A DNA stretch of 64,000 bases from Felis catus (GCF_018350175.1 NC_058368.1:194868001-194932000), one strand, 5' to 3'. Positions 25,615 to 38,795 are shown, numbered from the stretch's first letter. Translations and numbers: made by a program. The notes: generated by a model not told the origin, from the sequence alone.

Positions 25615-26063
25615 TTTTTTACTTTTTTTATGGAAAATATTTTTTTCATGTTACATTTGTCCCAACACAACATTCCACTAACATATCTGTATGGGTATGT
25701 GCATTTTACACAAGTGTATAAAAATGTATATTTACATTTTCTTATTTAAATTTTGGTTAGGGGCTGCCTGGGTGACTCAGTAGATTAAGCATCTGACCAG
25801 CTCAGGTCATGATCTCACCCTTCATGAGTTCGAGCCCCACGTCAGGCTCTGTGCTGACAGCTCAGAGCCTGGAGCCTACTTAAGATTCTGTGACTCCCTC
25901 TCTCTCCACCCTCCCCTGCTCACATTCTGTCTCTCTCTCAAAAATAAATAAACATTAAAATTTTTTTTAATTTTAGTTAGTTAACATACAGAGTAATATT
26001 AGTTTCAGCAATAGAATTCAGTGATTTGTCACTTCATACAACACCCAGTGATCATCCCAACAC
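25615..26063 (-). mobile_element. Very short L1 3' end with extra downstream sequence and a nested SINE
   Basis: Perfect 16-bp TSD TTGGGGATAGATTTTA at 25599-25614 and 26064-26079; antisense L1 terminus at ~25971-26063. Confidence 0.8.
25760..25970 (+). mobile_element. CAN-SINE
   Basis: Typical body; flanks TTTTGGTTAG / TTTTAGTTAG. Confidence 0.92.
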
Positions 26064-26151
26064 TTGGGGATAGATTTTAGAGGGGCCTTAAAGTTTGAAT
26101 GTTGTACTGAAGGCCATTTGGAAACACTGAAATAAAAAGCTTAAACAATTA

Positions 26152-26154
26152 AAA

Positions 26155-26197
<43 letters not shown>

Positions 26198-26220
26198 ATG
26201 TATATATAAATAAATAAATA
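26152..26220. repeat. (TAAA)n microsatellite
   Basis: Read directly. Confidence 0.95.
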
Positions 26221-26479
26221 CTAAAACCTAAGAACACTTCCTTGTCTTTCTCCAGACCTTTGGAGTCAGAAACTACAGTAGTGGAACAATGGTATTGGCA
26301 TCTTTATAAAGATCCCCATTGATTTTTACATAGCCAGCCCAACTCCAACCTATTAACTAAATTTGGGAACCCCACCCCCATCCATGTCCACATTTGAAGG
26401 TTGCTAGGTGCACTTGCAAAGATTAGAGTAGGGAAAGGATATAACAGAGGGTCTAGAAGGAATGAAAGAAGTAGAAAGT

Positions 26480-27500
26480 CACCATTTGCAACCACTAATG
26501 AAAAGATGGGGCTAGATAAGATGATCAGTGGATGCTAAACCCACTAGGTGAAAAGTTGATGGAGAATGTTGTCATGGTGTGACCAGGCTGACATCGTGGG
26601 GACTAGGACAGCCCGACATGACACACCCAGGATGTGGCAGAAAAGGAAGGACACTGTCACCATCCCTACAAGGTCATCTAGCCTAAAAAACTGAGCTGAG
26701 TATAATTATATTATCGACTTCATATCATTTTACAGGAAATACTAGGGATAAAAGAATAACGTGAACACCACCAAGAAGTAATCAACTGAATCCATAATGT
26801 GGGATAATCAACTAAAAACCCAATTGCTCTAGTAAATGATATTAAAAGTCAGGGAGAAGAGGACCCTATTAGAAAAGAAAAGAGACACAAGAGATGTAAT
26901 TACCAAATACAAAGTGTGAGCCTTATTTAAATCCTGATTTCAATAAATCAACTATTAAAGGGCAATTTTTGAGACAATCTGTGAAATTTAAATATGATTT
27001 CCTATAGGTGATATTAAGGGGTTTTTATAAATGTTGCTAGGCACAATAATTAAGTCCTTATCAGTAAAAGCTGGTATGAAGTAATTTACAGCAAAAAAAG
27101 ACATGATTCTGGTGTTTACTTTAAAATGTTCCAGTGTAGGGGCGCCTGGGTGGCTCAGTCAGTTGAGCGACTGACTTCGGCTCAGGTCATGATCTCATGG
27201 TCTGTGAGTTCGAGCCCTGCGTCAGGCTCCGTGCTGACAGCTCAGAGCCTGGAGCCTGTTTTGGAATCTGTGTCTCTCTCCCTCTCTGACCCTCCCCCAT
27301 TCATGCTGTCTCTCCCTGTCTCAAAAATCAATCAATCAATCAATCAATCAATAAAAATAAAATGTTCCAGTGTAAAAAAAAAAAAAAAATGGAGGGATAG
27401 TTAAAACAAGATTACCAAAATATCACTAACTTCAGAACTGGGTAATGAGTTTATTATATCACTCTCTCCACTTTTTTTCTACTTTTAAACATCTCCATTA
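26480..27500 (+). mobile_element. Old L1 (L1MC/ME-type) 3' UTR remnant
   Basis: TGGATGCTAAACCCACTAGGTGAAAAGTTGATGG...GAGACAATCTGTGAAATTTAAATATG pattern. Confidence 0.6.
27139..27357 (+). mobile_element. CAN-SINE with (TCAA)n tail
   Basis: TSD TAAAATGTTCCAGTGTA at 27122-27138 and 27358-27374. Confidence 0.95.
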
Positions 27501-27787
27501 CAAACAAACAAACGAAAAAAATTTCAATTCCTGGCAAGTACTATTTGTCCCTGATAGGAAATGAGTCCATGATTGGTCAGTGGGTGGGTAAAAGTGAAAA
27601 AGTGAACAAGCAAATAAAAATATAACTGATTAAAGCATAGAAGGCTAATGGCTAACTGAGTTCCTGCTCAGATTGCCCAATATAAATACAAAAACACCTC
27701 TTTAGACATTCACTCATTTCTGCATCATACTGTACTTCAGGCCTGGTATTGGGTTCTGTGAGGTAAGAAGTTCCTTGAAGAGATTAG

Positions 27788-27885
27788 AGTCTAGTAAAGC
27801 CATCAAAATTAAAGCAAAATAGAATGCCCAGAATATTAGTCTAGTAAAGCAACCAAAATTAAAGCAAAATAGAATGCCCAGAATA
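27788..27885. repeat. 50-bp tandem duplication (2 copies)
   Basis: AGTCTAGTAAAGC(CAT/AAC)CAAAATTAAAGCAAAATAGAATGCCCAGAATA at 27788 and 27838; 2 mismatches. Confidence 0.95.
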
Positions 27886-30266
27886 ATAATTAAGCAAAGC
27901 TAGCTTGTTTACGCTCTTATTCTAGAAACTGTCCACTTAATAATACTTCACTGAATCCTCACAACCTTTAAAAGTAGCTGCTATTACCTCCATTTATAAA
28001 GAAACTGAGTCTCAATAAAGTCATGCAGATAGCAACTGGGGGAGTCAGGCAACCCAAGGGCCATCACAGGACACAGGGAGAATGTACTTGGGAAGATGGA
28101 ACCATTTCTTGACTGTTCCTCTACAGGAATAAGTTTAATGATGGAGAAGTTAATGCCCTTGCTTTGAACAAATGGGCAGCCTGGAAGGCCCAGGCGCCAT
28201 GAGATTATGTTGGTACCAGTTTTCTTTTATCTTTGGAATATGAAGGAAGCTTGAAACATTTAGGAAAGTACAAACCTCTGAACATGCTTAACCCATGAGA
28301 ATCCTTCCTCCCTGGCCCTTCCTGGTCTTCAATTTCCAGAAAAGCCAAGTCTTTAAGGATTGAGGCCTTCGAGTCAAGTAGACGTGGCGTTCAGTCTTAG
28401 CCCTGCTACATACAAGCAGTGAGCTGTGGGGAAGGGGGAGGGGAGGGTTCTTAGACTCTCTTTGCCTTTGATCCACCTATAAAATGGGATGATAGTTTTC
28501 CCCACAGCGTGTTTCACAACATCCAGGTGATGAATTACTCTTAGTTGCCATTAGATGATGAGACTTTGTACCCTGCCGAGACTTTTCCTTCTTCCAGATC
28601 CCTGGAGCTCATTGACCAGAGAATTTCAACCATAATAAGCCAATGCCTGGCATGTAGTAGGCAGTCAGTAAACATTTACACTATGGAGTGATAGGCTACC
28701 TGGTGAGGTCTCTCCCACAGGCTTGTAACGTTAACTTTTATACATGCCTCTCAACCAGGATGTAAATGAAGGTCAGAAGTTGTCTTTCAACTCTGTATCC
28801 CCCCATTTCATGCAGTAGGAGATTACAGCCTCAACAAATGCTTGCTGCAATAGCTAAATGCACAGCCAAGTGTTGGCTGTGTGCATGGGACGGAGTGTCC
28901 AGGGCCCCAGGCATGTTCACAACCCAGCATCCAGTTGAGTCCATTCCTATAAGAAACGCTGCAAAACCTGACTCCTCTGGGGGGCCATTCAAGCCCCAAG
29001 TGACCCAAAGCAATTTCTCCCGGCTCTGCAACACCCACCTCTTCTCTCTGCTCTGCCAGGCCAGAGGGTGGACACGTCCCTCTCGGTGATTTGTGACGCC
29101 TCCATTGGGACAGAGGGAATGCAGCAGCCGCGACATTGTCTACGCGGGGACGCATGCAGCAGGCTGGCCTGCTGGAGAGACGCAGGCTGGCCAAGGAGCT
29201 GAGGGCTGACTCCCCTGGGCACAGCGCGCGGCCGCGGCTGACCACGGCAATTCATCATGTTTAAAAACCTGCCCGAGGGAGGGGCCCTGAAAGGAGGCAG
29301 GGGAGCCAAAGCCTCAGGTTCTCAGGGAAATTCAGGGCTTGTGATCATTTTTTTTCTTTTTTCACCAAGCCTAAAAGGCTGGTGAGAAACCTCCAATCTG
29401 CAGGAGTCTACCAGCATGATCCGCAAGGAACACCCATTCTAGCCTGAACGTCAAAAATAATCCAGGAAAAACTGACCTCACCTCTGTGACAACTTCCTCT
29501 TTTTCCTACAAAGCATCTCCTACTACCAAGAGCTTCGGACACCATTCTCTGTGCAACGAGTGGAGCTCAGATTTGAGACCCGAGTGACCTTGGGCAAGTT
29601 ACCTCTGCCCTCTTAACCTCGGTTTCCTCACCTCTAAAAAGAAAACTATGAGCTAGATCAGGGTGCACGCATTGAATGGTGTGGTGTAGGGGAGGCACAT
29701 ACACACAGACAATGAGTGGGCAGATGGCAATGATGTTAAGCGGCTTATACTGTCACCTGACAAACTCTGGAAGGGAACAACAAAACACAGCAAAACAAAA
29801 CTCTCACGTGTCCACCTGTTTGTGATCCACACTAAGGAGCCACTTCGGACCTTTCTAATTCTGCAGAATTCTCCTTCCACTGTTGCAGTGGGTATCTGCC
29901 ACTTTCTCCCATGGCACCATCTTCTTGGCACCCGCCACAGCTGGCAACCAGATGTGCTCACGGGAGGTGCTGTAGCAGCAGTCCCGGAGATTTCCTTCTC
30001 CCAGAGAGAGAATGGGGTCGGGGGAGGGAAGAGATTTCTTCACTTAAGTCATTTCCCAATATCCCTACAAGTGAGAAAACAGAGACTCGAGGAGGTTAAA
30101 TAATTCAGCTCGAAGTCCCTCTGCCAGCAAGAAGCAGAGCCAGGATTCAAACCCAGACCCGTGTGAATGAGAAGCCCTTGCCCTCTTCCTCCTCCACATC
30201 TCTCACAGTGAGGTCAGGGAGAACCTGGCCCTGACTGAGCAAAACAAAAAGTCACCCCCCACCCCA

Positions 30267-30268
<2 letters not shown>

Positions 30269-30309
<41 letters not shown>
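30269..30309. repeat. (AC)n microsatellite
   Basis: Read directly. Confidence 0.95.
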
Positions 30310-30311
<2 letters not shown>

Positions 30312-30992
30312 CTCCAGAAGCAGAGATACACTCAACAACTTAGCATTTCAGAACTAGATTTCCCTCTGGGGCTTCGTCCCCTCTCCACCACCGCCGCCAT
30401 TTCCATTTTTTGGCATTTGGCCTCACCCTTGTCCTCACCCAGAATTGTCCTCTAGCCAGGCTCCAAGAACTGGTGACAGCCTCCCTCCTCCAGGAAGTCT
30501 TCCTAAATTCATCCCTCTCTGCCCCCACTTGCATCCAATCTATACATAGTCTGCACCTCCCCCCCACTAACAATAGAACTATGAATACAGCCTCAGCAAT
30601 AATGGGTTTTATGGAATTTTTACTCTATGCCAGGCTCAGCTCTCAATGTTTCACTGACGTGACATGTCATCCTTACGACAGCCCTATGAGCACCAGAAGC
30701 ACCTCCCTACAACAGCAAGGTCAGGCAACTCTTCCCAGGTCACACACTCAAGACACAAGGACAGGACCCAAACTCAGGCAGTCAGTCCCAGTCAGTGCCC
30801 CATCCCTCACAGCCCATTGCCCTGCCTTATGCTTGCATGCTGCTTTATGAACGGCCTGCTCACCTTCCAGCTCATGTTCAGACCCTCAAATGTAAAGGAG
30901 AAGTCTTACAAGAGAGCAACAAAGCTGTCAGTTAGGGGACTCACCAAAGCAACACACTGGGAATGCGATCACTCCAGCACCCATCTGACACT

Positions 30993-31397
30993 GGGGCATC
31001 TGGGTGGCTCAGTTGGCTAAGCGTCTGACTTTGGCTCAGATCGTTATCTCATGGCTTATGACTTCGAGGCCTACATCGGGCTGTCTGCTGTCAGTGTGGA
31101 GTCTGCTTCAGACCCTCTGTCCCCCTTTCTCTATGTCCCTCCCCTGTACGCTCACTCGCTCTCGCTCTCTCTCTCTCTCTCTCAAAAAAAAAAAAACATT
31201 TTGGAGCACCTGATTGGCTCAGTTCGTTGAGCATCCAACTTTGGCTCAGGTCATGACCTCACGGTTCATGAATTCAAGCCCCACATTGGGCTCGCTGCTG
31301 TTAGCTCAGAGCCCATTTCGGATCCTCTGTCCTCCTCTCTCTGCCCCTCCACGGCTTGCACTCTCTCTCTAAAATAAAAATAAACATTTGAAAATAA
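30993..31397 (+). mobile_element. Two head-to-tail CAN-SINEs (~30993-31196 and ~31202-31397)
   Basis: Two heads, two CT-rich bodies, two A tails. Confidence 0.9.
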
Positions 31398-33619
31398 ACA
31401 GTCATTTAGAAGAAGGAGGAGGGGGAGAAGAAAAGAAAGGACTCCAGTCTGACAGACCCCTCAGCCAGGTTTGTAAGAGAGTCTTACAACCAACACCAGG
31501 ATGTCTCCCAGAGGTATGACCAGTACCAAAGAACTGTAGTTATGGGCCATTAGCAGGGATGAGGGAGGAGACTAGAGTGTGCCCGGGAAACTGAAGCCCA
31601 AAGTCAGGATCCAGGGAAGGGCAGGTGGCAGGTTCCAGGAGAGCAAATGCTGACAACTCTGTTCACCCCAGGGGAAGGCACGGGGTTGCTGTGCTTCGCT
31701 CAGAGCTGTACCTTCTAAGTACCTAATGAAAGACTCAGACTTAGTATGTGTGTTTCTCTTTTTCAGGATGCTACGGTCCCAAAGAGCCAGTACAGTCATC
31801 CCTTTCTTAGAGAAAATAAAACTAAGGTCCAGAAAAGGGAAGGTGTTGACCAAACAACAGGGTGAATTAGCACCAAAAAAACAAAAAACAAAAAACAAAA
31901 CAAAACAAACCCCTAAGATCCTCCTGTTAGCCTTTCTTCAGCAGAAACATCTTCTGCAGCACCCAGCAGCCCTGGACAGGGGACCATCGCTCACTGGACA
32001 GGCAGCCTGGGAAATCCCAGCCATCTGGCCTCTGCTCCGGCTTGTCCCCAGCCTCTGCAGACAAACATGCCACATGCCACCATCTGCATGGAGCCGTGAT
32101 GAGAGGACTGTGATTTCCTGGTGTCTTGGCCAAGCTGTTTGCCTGTCCCAGCAAGTGATCACCTCTGACCTAACCTAACATAGGCCGTTAGCCCCCGCAT
32201 GGCCTAAATAAATCACCTTGGACTCCTCTCATCTGCTCTGTAATAAATAGCCTCCTTGGTCAGGGAAATACTTTTTTAAAATCCTGACAGCAAGAGAAGA
32301 ATGAGAGAAATCCTGTAGGGTTTACAGGTTTGAAAGGAAAACACTCCTAGCTTGGTCTGCCTTTATATAAAATGAGATTCTAAAGTGCCCGGTCTCCTGG
32401 GATCCCTTTGCTACAGAAGTTATGGATGGTAGCCCCACTCTCAGGGTCTTTGATGAGATGTCCATGAAGAATAAGGTGTTTGAGGAAAGCAGAGAAGAGA
32501 GACTTCAGTGAAAGCCCACTAACAACTAATGTCCTTTGTCAGCAGAATGGTTTGACTGTACAGGACAAGGAGTCGGGGGGTGGGGGGGGGGGTGCTGAAT
32601 CCATAGGGGACCCTGTAGCAGATCCTATGTGAGTAGAACATTAAACAAAGGCCTTAAAATCCCTTCCAAGTTGCAGGTTATTTTCCCGTGATTTGTGGAG
32701 GGCAGCAGTATAAACAGCAAAGATTTTAGAATCAGGACAGTGCAATTCAGTCCTGGCTTTTCTATTTAGAGGCTGGATGACCTTGGGTAAAGCATTCCTG
32801 ATCGGTAACACAAGGCTAACCTTTCCTCTACCTCTTTGGGGTATCACTGCGTGCCCCCTGTGGGGCACATAAGTACTCAGCAAACATTAGTTCCCTCCCT
32901 CTCTCCCTCTAAGGGAATATGCAGAATTCCAAGATCCCAACATTCCTAAAAACATTAAAAGTCTGTGATTCCAACAGAAACAGGGCAAACGAAACACGGA
33001 TGTGCAAACCTCCTCTCCCGCCATTCCGTAACACGAAGGCAAGCTTCTCTCCAACCTTTCAGAGAACGCCCACGTTGAGGTTTACTTTCCAACTTGCAAT
33101 TTGACCCCCTGCTCTCGCCTTTTCCCATCTTTTTCTTCAAGTGACTTAGGCTGAGCTGTTGCTTGAGCCAAAAAGAAAAAGAAAAAACACCAAGCTGAAG
33201 TCTGCACCCTTCCCTCCAGAAGATAAATTATGTTGGTTTTTGCAGTGAGTGAATTGGGGCAGGAGAGAGATTTCACGAGAATAAAATGTTCTGGGCTGAA
33301 GTAGATCTGCTTTGTTTGCAGAGGCTCCCGGACCCCCTCGATTTGCAGGCTCCGGCCTCGGATTGCGGCTGTCCCCCAGGCCCTCCCACAGCGCCTGGGG
33401 TGAGCCTCTGAAGACCTGAAGCACAGGTGGCCCAGGATGGAAGGGCCCTGAACACTGGCAGCCTGCCCTCTACCCTCTTCCCTGCCTTGGGACAGAGCTG
33501 TATGTGGAGACAGGAAGAAATAGACCATCACGATTCTTTTCAGGAGGAAGAGAGCTTTTAGCAGAATCATCTAACATATCCCACTCGAGAAGAGAGAAGA
33601 CCTGCTTCCTGATTCAGCA

Positions 33620-34375
33620 TTTCCCAATCAGGGTAACACTGACTTCACACAGTGCAGGAGATGATTTTAGGTAAGACACAGACACAACATTCAATCACAC
33701 TGACTCACGTAGTACGGAGGTCATTTCCTTCCCAACTCTCTTTAAATTCTTCTCATTATGAAGAAGAAAGCCTCAGTTTGGCACCAGTGGGTCTTTAACC
33801 CTGTTCTCCCACTCCTAATCTTCCTTTTCAACAAAAAGCAGGCCCTGCTTCGGGTCCTTCGGCCGACAACAGTACCTGCTAGGTAACTGCTTCTATTTCG
33901 GTTGTGTTTATTTTCACATCACCTGCTTTTTAAAGCAGATGGTAATAGATTCCCATTTATTGGAATAGTATTGAAAATTCCCTTTTAAAAAAAATACATG
34001 TATGATTTTTTAAGTGGGCTGATTTGTTTAAATATTAAGCAAATAATATTATGACTGGTACATGGGTATGGCAAAAATCACAAAGAGGGCATACAAAGGA
34101 TTAAAATCGGGGGCGCCCGGAGGGCTCACATCATGATCTTGCGGTTCGTGGGTTCGAGCCCCACGTCAGGCTCTGTGCTGACAGCTCAGAGTCTGGAGCC
34201 TGCTTCGGATTCTGGGTCTCCCTCTCGCTGCCCCTCCCCGCTCACGTTCTGTCTCCATCTCGCTCTGTCTCCATCTTACTCTCAAAAAATGAATCAACTT
34301 TAAAAAATTTTTAAATTTTTAAAATTTTCAAATTAAAAAAAAAACACCAAAAGATTAAGATTGAAAAAGCTCTGG
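33620..34375 (-). mobile_element. hAT-Charlie element (MER113/Charlie4-like) with nested SINE at ~34109-34345
   Basis: GAGATGATTTTAGGT...CTCAGTTTGGCACCAGTGGGTCTTTAAC...GGTATGGCAAAAATCAC motifs. Confidence 0.65.
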
Positions 34376-35126
34376 ATTAACTGGAAAGAAATACATGACA
34401 TGAAGACTTTTTCCTCCTTTCTCAAAGTAAATAATAATTAAACAATACATCTTGTCGCCTCATTTTTCCAACTGAAATGCAGACTTGGGCTCTCTCACTT
34501 CTTTTTTCCTTTCTTTTCCCAAGGCTTCCTTAGCGACTGCAGAATTTGCAGCTGGTGAGCCCTATGAGTATATCATTTTCCTTCCCCTGAAGTTCCAGGT
34601 GAATGCTTCGAGCTATAAAAATGCTCATTATACTCATGTATTCATTCATCCATTTAGTAACCATTCGGGGGACACCCGCTCTGTACCAGCCCTAAACCAG
34701 GTGCCATGATATAACAACGAGCAGGTCTCTGCCTCCCTCAGGCTCATAGGCTAGATGGGCAGACAGAGTACCCCACAGCCGACTGCAGTGTAGTGTCACA
34801 AGGACTGGAGGGGGACCACGTGACACTGGGAGCACCAATAGGAGCTCGGGGAGCGCTTGCCTGGCCTGCGTGGCAGCTCTAGTGTAGTTAGACGTGGAGA
34901 CATCCCAGCACCACCTCTTTCCTGCTGGGAGACTTGGGCAAGTGACTTCAACCCTCAGCCTCATTTTCCCAGTCTATTAAGAAGGGATAATAACCTTATC
35001 TCCTGCTTAATATTATTGAGAGGATCGAGTGAGACAATAAGCGTAAAATGCTTCACCACGGTGCCCGGCACATAGTAAATGTTCAATAAGTGCCAAATAA
35101 TTTTTTAGCCTCTTTCATCCAAGTCC

Positions 35127-35130
<4 letters not shown>

Positions 35131-35212
<82 letters not shown>
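35131..35212. repeat. (TC)n(AC)n compound microsatellite
   Basis: Read directly. Confidence 0.95.
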
Positions 35213-35214
<2 letters not shown>

Positions 35215-35460
35215 GAAATTTCATTCAAATATCCCTACCTGACCGGAGAAAATTCTATTTGAAAAGCCAAAGAGAAGTCAGCATGCCCTTACAGCACACA
35301 GCAGATCTAGGACAATACTGAATAGAAAAATATGTTCTTGCTTCTGATCTGATGGTATTTCCTTAAGTACAGTTTGTTCTGGAGGAAGAATCCTGGGGTT
35401 GCAGTGGAATCAATTATAGTGGCCAAGATGGGGAAGTTCAAAAGGAAAGGTGGGGAGGGA

Positions 35461-35652
35461 GGGGCTCCTGGGTGGCTCAGGAGGTTGAACATCTGACTGT
35501 TGATTTCGGCTCAGGTCGTGATCTTGCAATTCGTGACCTGAAGCCCCACGTCAGGCTCTGCACTATATAGCACAGAGCCCACTTGAGATTTTCTGTCTCC
35601 TTCTCTCTCTCCCTCTCTGCCCCTCCCCTGCTCATATTCTCTCACTCTCAAA

Positions 35653-35695
<43 letters not shown>
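35461..35695 (+). mobile_element. CAN-SINE with (AT)n tail
   Basis: Typical head; flanked by AAAAGGAA. Confidence 0.92.
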
Positions 35696-35697
<2 letters not shown>

Positions 35698-35848
35698 GGA
35701 AGGAAGAGGAAGGAAGGAAGGAAAAGAAAAAAGTTGGGGGACAGAATGCTTCTTAGTAACCAGTGGGGGAGGAGTGGAAAGCAATGTGGAAAATAGCAAG
35801 ATAATGAAAGTATGTTAGAAGCAGGAGAGAAAGGAGAGAATAGAAGAG

Positions 35849-36022
35849 GGGCACCTGGGTGGCTCAGTCAGTTGAGCATCTGACTCTTGATTTCTGCTCA
35901 AGTCATGAATCTCACAGTTCAGAAGTTCAAGCCCCACATCAGGTTCTGTGCTGACAGTGCGGAGCTTGCTTGGGATTCACTCTCTCTCTCTCTCTCTCAA
36001 AATAAACAAACTAAAAAAAAAA
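35849..36022 (+). mobile_element. CAN-SINE
   Basis: Typical head; TSD AATAGAAGA. Confidence 0.92.
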
Positions 36023-36355
36023 TAGAAGAAATCTTCAGAATCTGTTAGAAAATACGAGGAACGGAGCTGGCATTTATGAGCCCACACTGTGTCTCACAAA
36101 ACAAAGGTTAGAACTATTAAGGGAAATAAAAATATCTTGGTTTTCTAATGCTTGCACATTTATAAAGTGCATTCGCACATATCCAATCCTCACATCAGCC
36201 CTATGAGGTAGGTACTATTATTAGCTCCATTTTATAAATGGAGACCTGAAGCTTGGAGAGAAGACTTGACTTTGCCCAAGGTCACCCCATGACAGTCAAA
36301 AGTGCCAAGGGTGAAGCTCAGGTGTCCTGACTCCAGGTCCAAGGAGCCTCCAGAA

Positions 36356-36678
36356 CAGAGGTCAGCAAGCTTATTTTGCAAAGGGATAACAGTAAACACT
36401 TTACTCTGTACGTCTCTGTCACAACCGGTCCACTCTGTCGTTGTGGCGTGAAAGTAGCCACAGACGATACGTAAACAATTGGGCATGGCGGTGTTTACAG
36501 AACTTTTTTGACAATGAAATTTGAGTTTCGTGTTCATGAAATATTATTCTTTTCATTTTGTTTTCAACCTTTTAAAAATATAAGACCCATTCCTGGGACG
36601 GGGGCGGGGCGGGTAGTGGGCACCCAGAAATAGGCAGTGGGCCAGATTTGGCTATGGATGTTAGTTTGCCAACTCCTG
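36356..36678. mobile_element. MER58-type hAT-Charlie MITE
   Basis: TIRs CAGAGGTCAGCAAGC / GTTTGCCAACTCCTG; 8-bp TSD CTCCAGAA / TTCCAGAA. Confidence 0.85.
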
Positions 36679-36774
36679 TTCCAGAATATCTCTAAGATGA
36701 AGGAAGCACAGCCCCTCCCCTCACACACTTGAGAGGAAAAAAAAGGCATAACCGACACTCTTCCTGGAGAATTT

Positions 36775-37420
36775 GTTTCAGCTCAATTTCAGTCACTACA
36801 GTACAACTTCAACAATACTGGCCATGTCTGTAAGGAAACTTATTTAATCCTTTTTTCCATCACCAACTCACTTTTTGACTTAAATAATTTTCTTTTTTAA
36901 TGTTAAAATACTTTTATTAATGTGGGGTGCCTGGGTGGCTCAGTGGGTTAAGCATCTGACTCTTGATTTCAGCTCAGGTCATGAGCTTGTGATTCATGAG
37001 TTCGAGCCCCACATCCGGCTCTGCACTGACAACACAGGATGGAATCTGCTTGGGATTCTCTCTCCCTCTCTCTCTGCCCTTCCCCTGCTTGTGCTTTCCC
37101 TCTCTATATATCTCTCAAAAATAAAATAAACATTAAAAAAATACTTTTATTTGTGGAAAACCCATATTACTTACCAAAAATAGAAAGCAAACATAAACAA
37201 AAACAGTATAATTAAATGAACACTATTAATTCTAGCTACCTACAACCACTGTCAAAGACTCTGGGCCTGAGGACTGCTCTGCCCTCCGCCTTTATTTGAA
37301 AAAAAGAAAGTGAAAGGGGCAAAAAGGTGTGAAAGACATAGCGTCAGCAACATGAGAAGCTCTTCTTGATGAAGTCAGAAATACCAAAAGGAGAACAACT
37401 TCTATACCACATTCTTCAAT
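36775..37420 (+). mobile_element. hAT-Charlie element (MER113/Charlie4-like) with nested SINE at ~36924-37140
   Basis: AACTCACTTTTTGACTTAAATAA...ATTCTAGCTA...CTCTGGGCCTGAGGACTGCTCT motifs; opposite orientation to the 33620 copy. Confidence 0.6.
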
Positions 37421-38324
37421 CTCAGATCTCCGTCTCTGTGAGACATCCTCCGGGCTTGTGCTCCCATGCTCTGGGAGCTGCTGTAACACAAGCAAAGCGC
37501 TACAGGTTTGTACAAACAGGAGATAAACATGCAGGTGAAACACAGGAAAGGTGTTTCATGGTCTTTCAACTGGACTTTGAATAATGTCTGGGACTTCACT
37601 AGATCCAAATTCAGGAAGAGCAGTCCAGACTCACTGAATGAAGGAGTGAGTGGAGGAGGCACGTAGAAAAGACGTGGCTGCTACATTGTGAGTGGTCAGG
37701 AGAACCATGCTACGGGCTTTAGATACAACTTGCCTTGTTTCCTAAAATGTTCCCCAAGTCAACGATTGTATTTTTAGGCTCTTCTATGTGGGGGAGGTAA
37801 AGAGATGTTGACCAGACCTATGAGCATAGTGGGAATAAATTGGGACTGGTGGCTCTCGACTTTTGTACCCCGGAGGACCCATTTCACATTCACCCTCGTG
37901 CACTCCTGGCTTCAAAATATTCCCATCTCAACAGCATGATTTAAGTCCTGATCATTGTTCTTCTGCATCCTTCACCAAGTCTCCCTAGTTGCCATGAGAC
38001 TGATATTGACCACACTGAGTTGTCCTATTCCAGCCAAAGTTAAGGAGGTCCTCTGACAGCAGGATTAACAGGCATGGTCTCCCTTGGGTGACTGTAGTGA
38101 AGAATCTCGCTGGTTCCACATCAAGTGCTTTCAACCCTGAACACCACTGCCCTGCTCTGATGCCACATACAGAATATCAATCAGGGCCACCAATTGTACT
38201 ATATCACACAGAACTGGTTTGGGAACAGGAATGAGACAACCTTGATGGTAATTTTTTAAAAGAAAGAATGCTAAGTTTGCATCAAGATACAAAAGGGTAA
38301 AGATGTTTTCTAAACACACACATA

Positions 38325-38472
38325 CCTAATGGAATATTACTCGGCCATAAAAAGGAATCTTGCCATTCACAACAACCTGGATGGGTCTAGAGGGTATCAC
38401 ACCAAGTGAAATAAGTCAGAGAAAGTCATACCATATGACTTCACTTCCATGTGGAATCTAAAAATAACAAAC

Positions 38473-38515
<43 letters not shown>

Positions 38516-38795
38516 TAGTTTCATAAATACATGATGGTCAGAGGGATGGGGGAATTGATGAAGTAGATGAAGGAAATTAAGAAGCACAATCTTCCAGTTA
38601 TAAAATAAATAAGTCATGGGGATGAAAAGTACAACAATGGGAATGCGGTCAATAATATTGTAGTAACTTTGTATGGTAACTACGCCCATCGTGGTAAGCA
38701 CTGTTTAATGTACACAATTGTCAAATTGCTAATTTGTCTACCTGAAACTAATATAACATCGTAGGTCAACTATACTTCAATTTTTTTAAATATTT
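38325..38795 (+). mobile_element. L1 3' end with internal (AC)n
   Basis: AATGGAATATTACTCGGCCATAAAAAGG...GTCAACTATACTTCAA. Confidence 0.88.

Noticed and set aside
27788..27885. CRISPR-like repeat
   Set aside because: Two adjacent copies with no spacers, in a mammalian genome.
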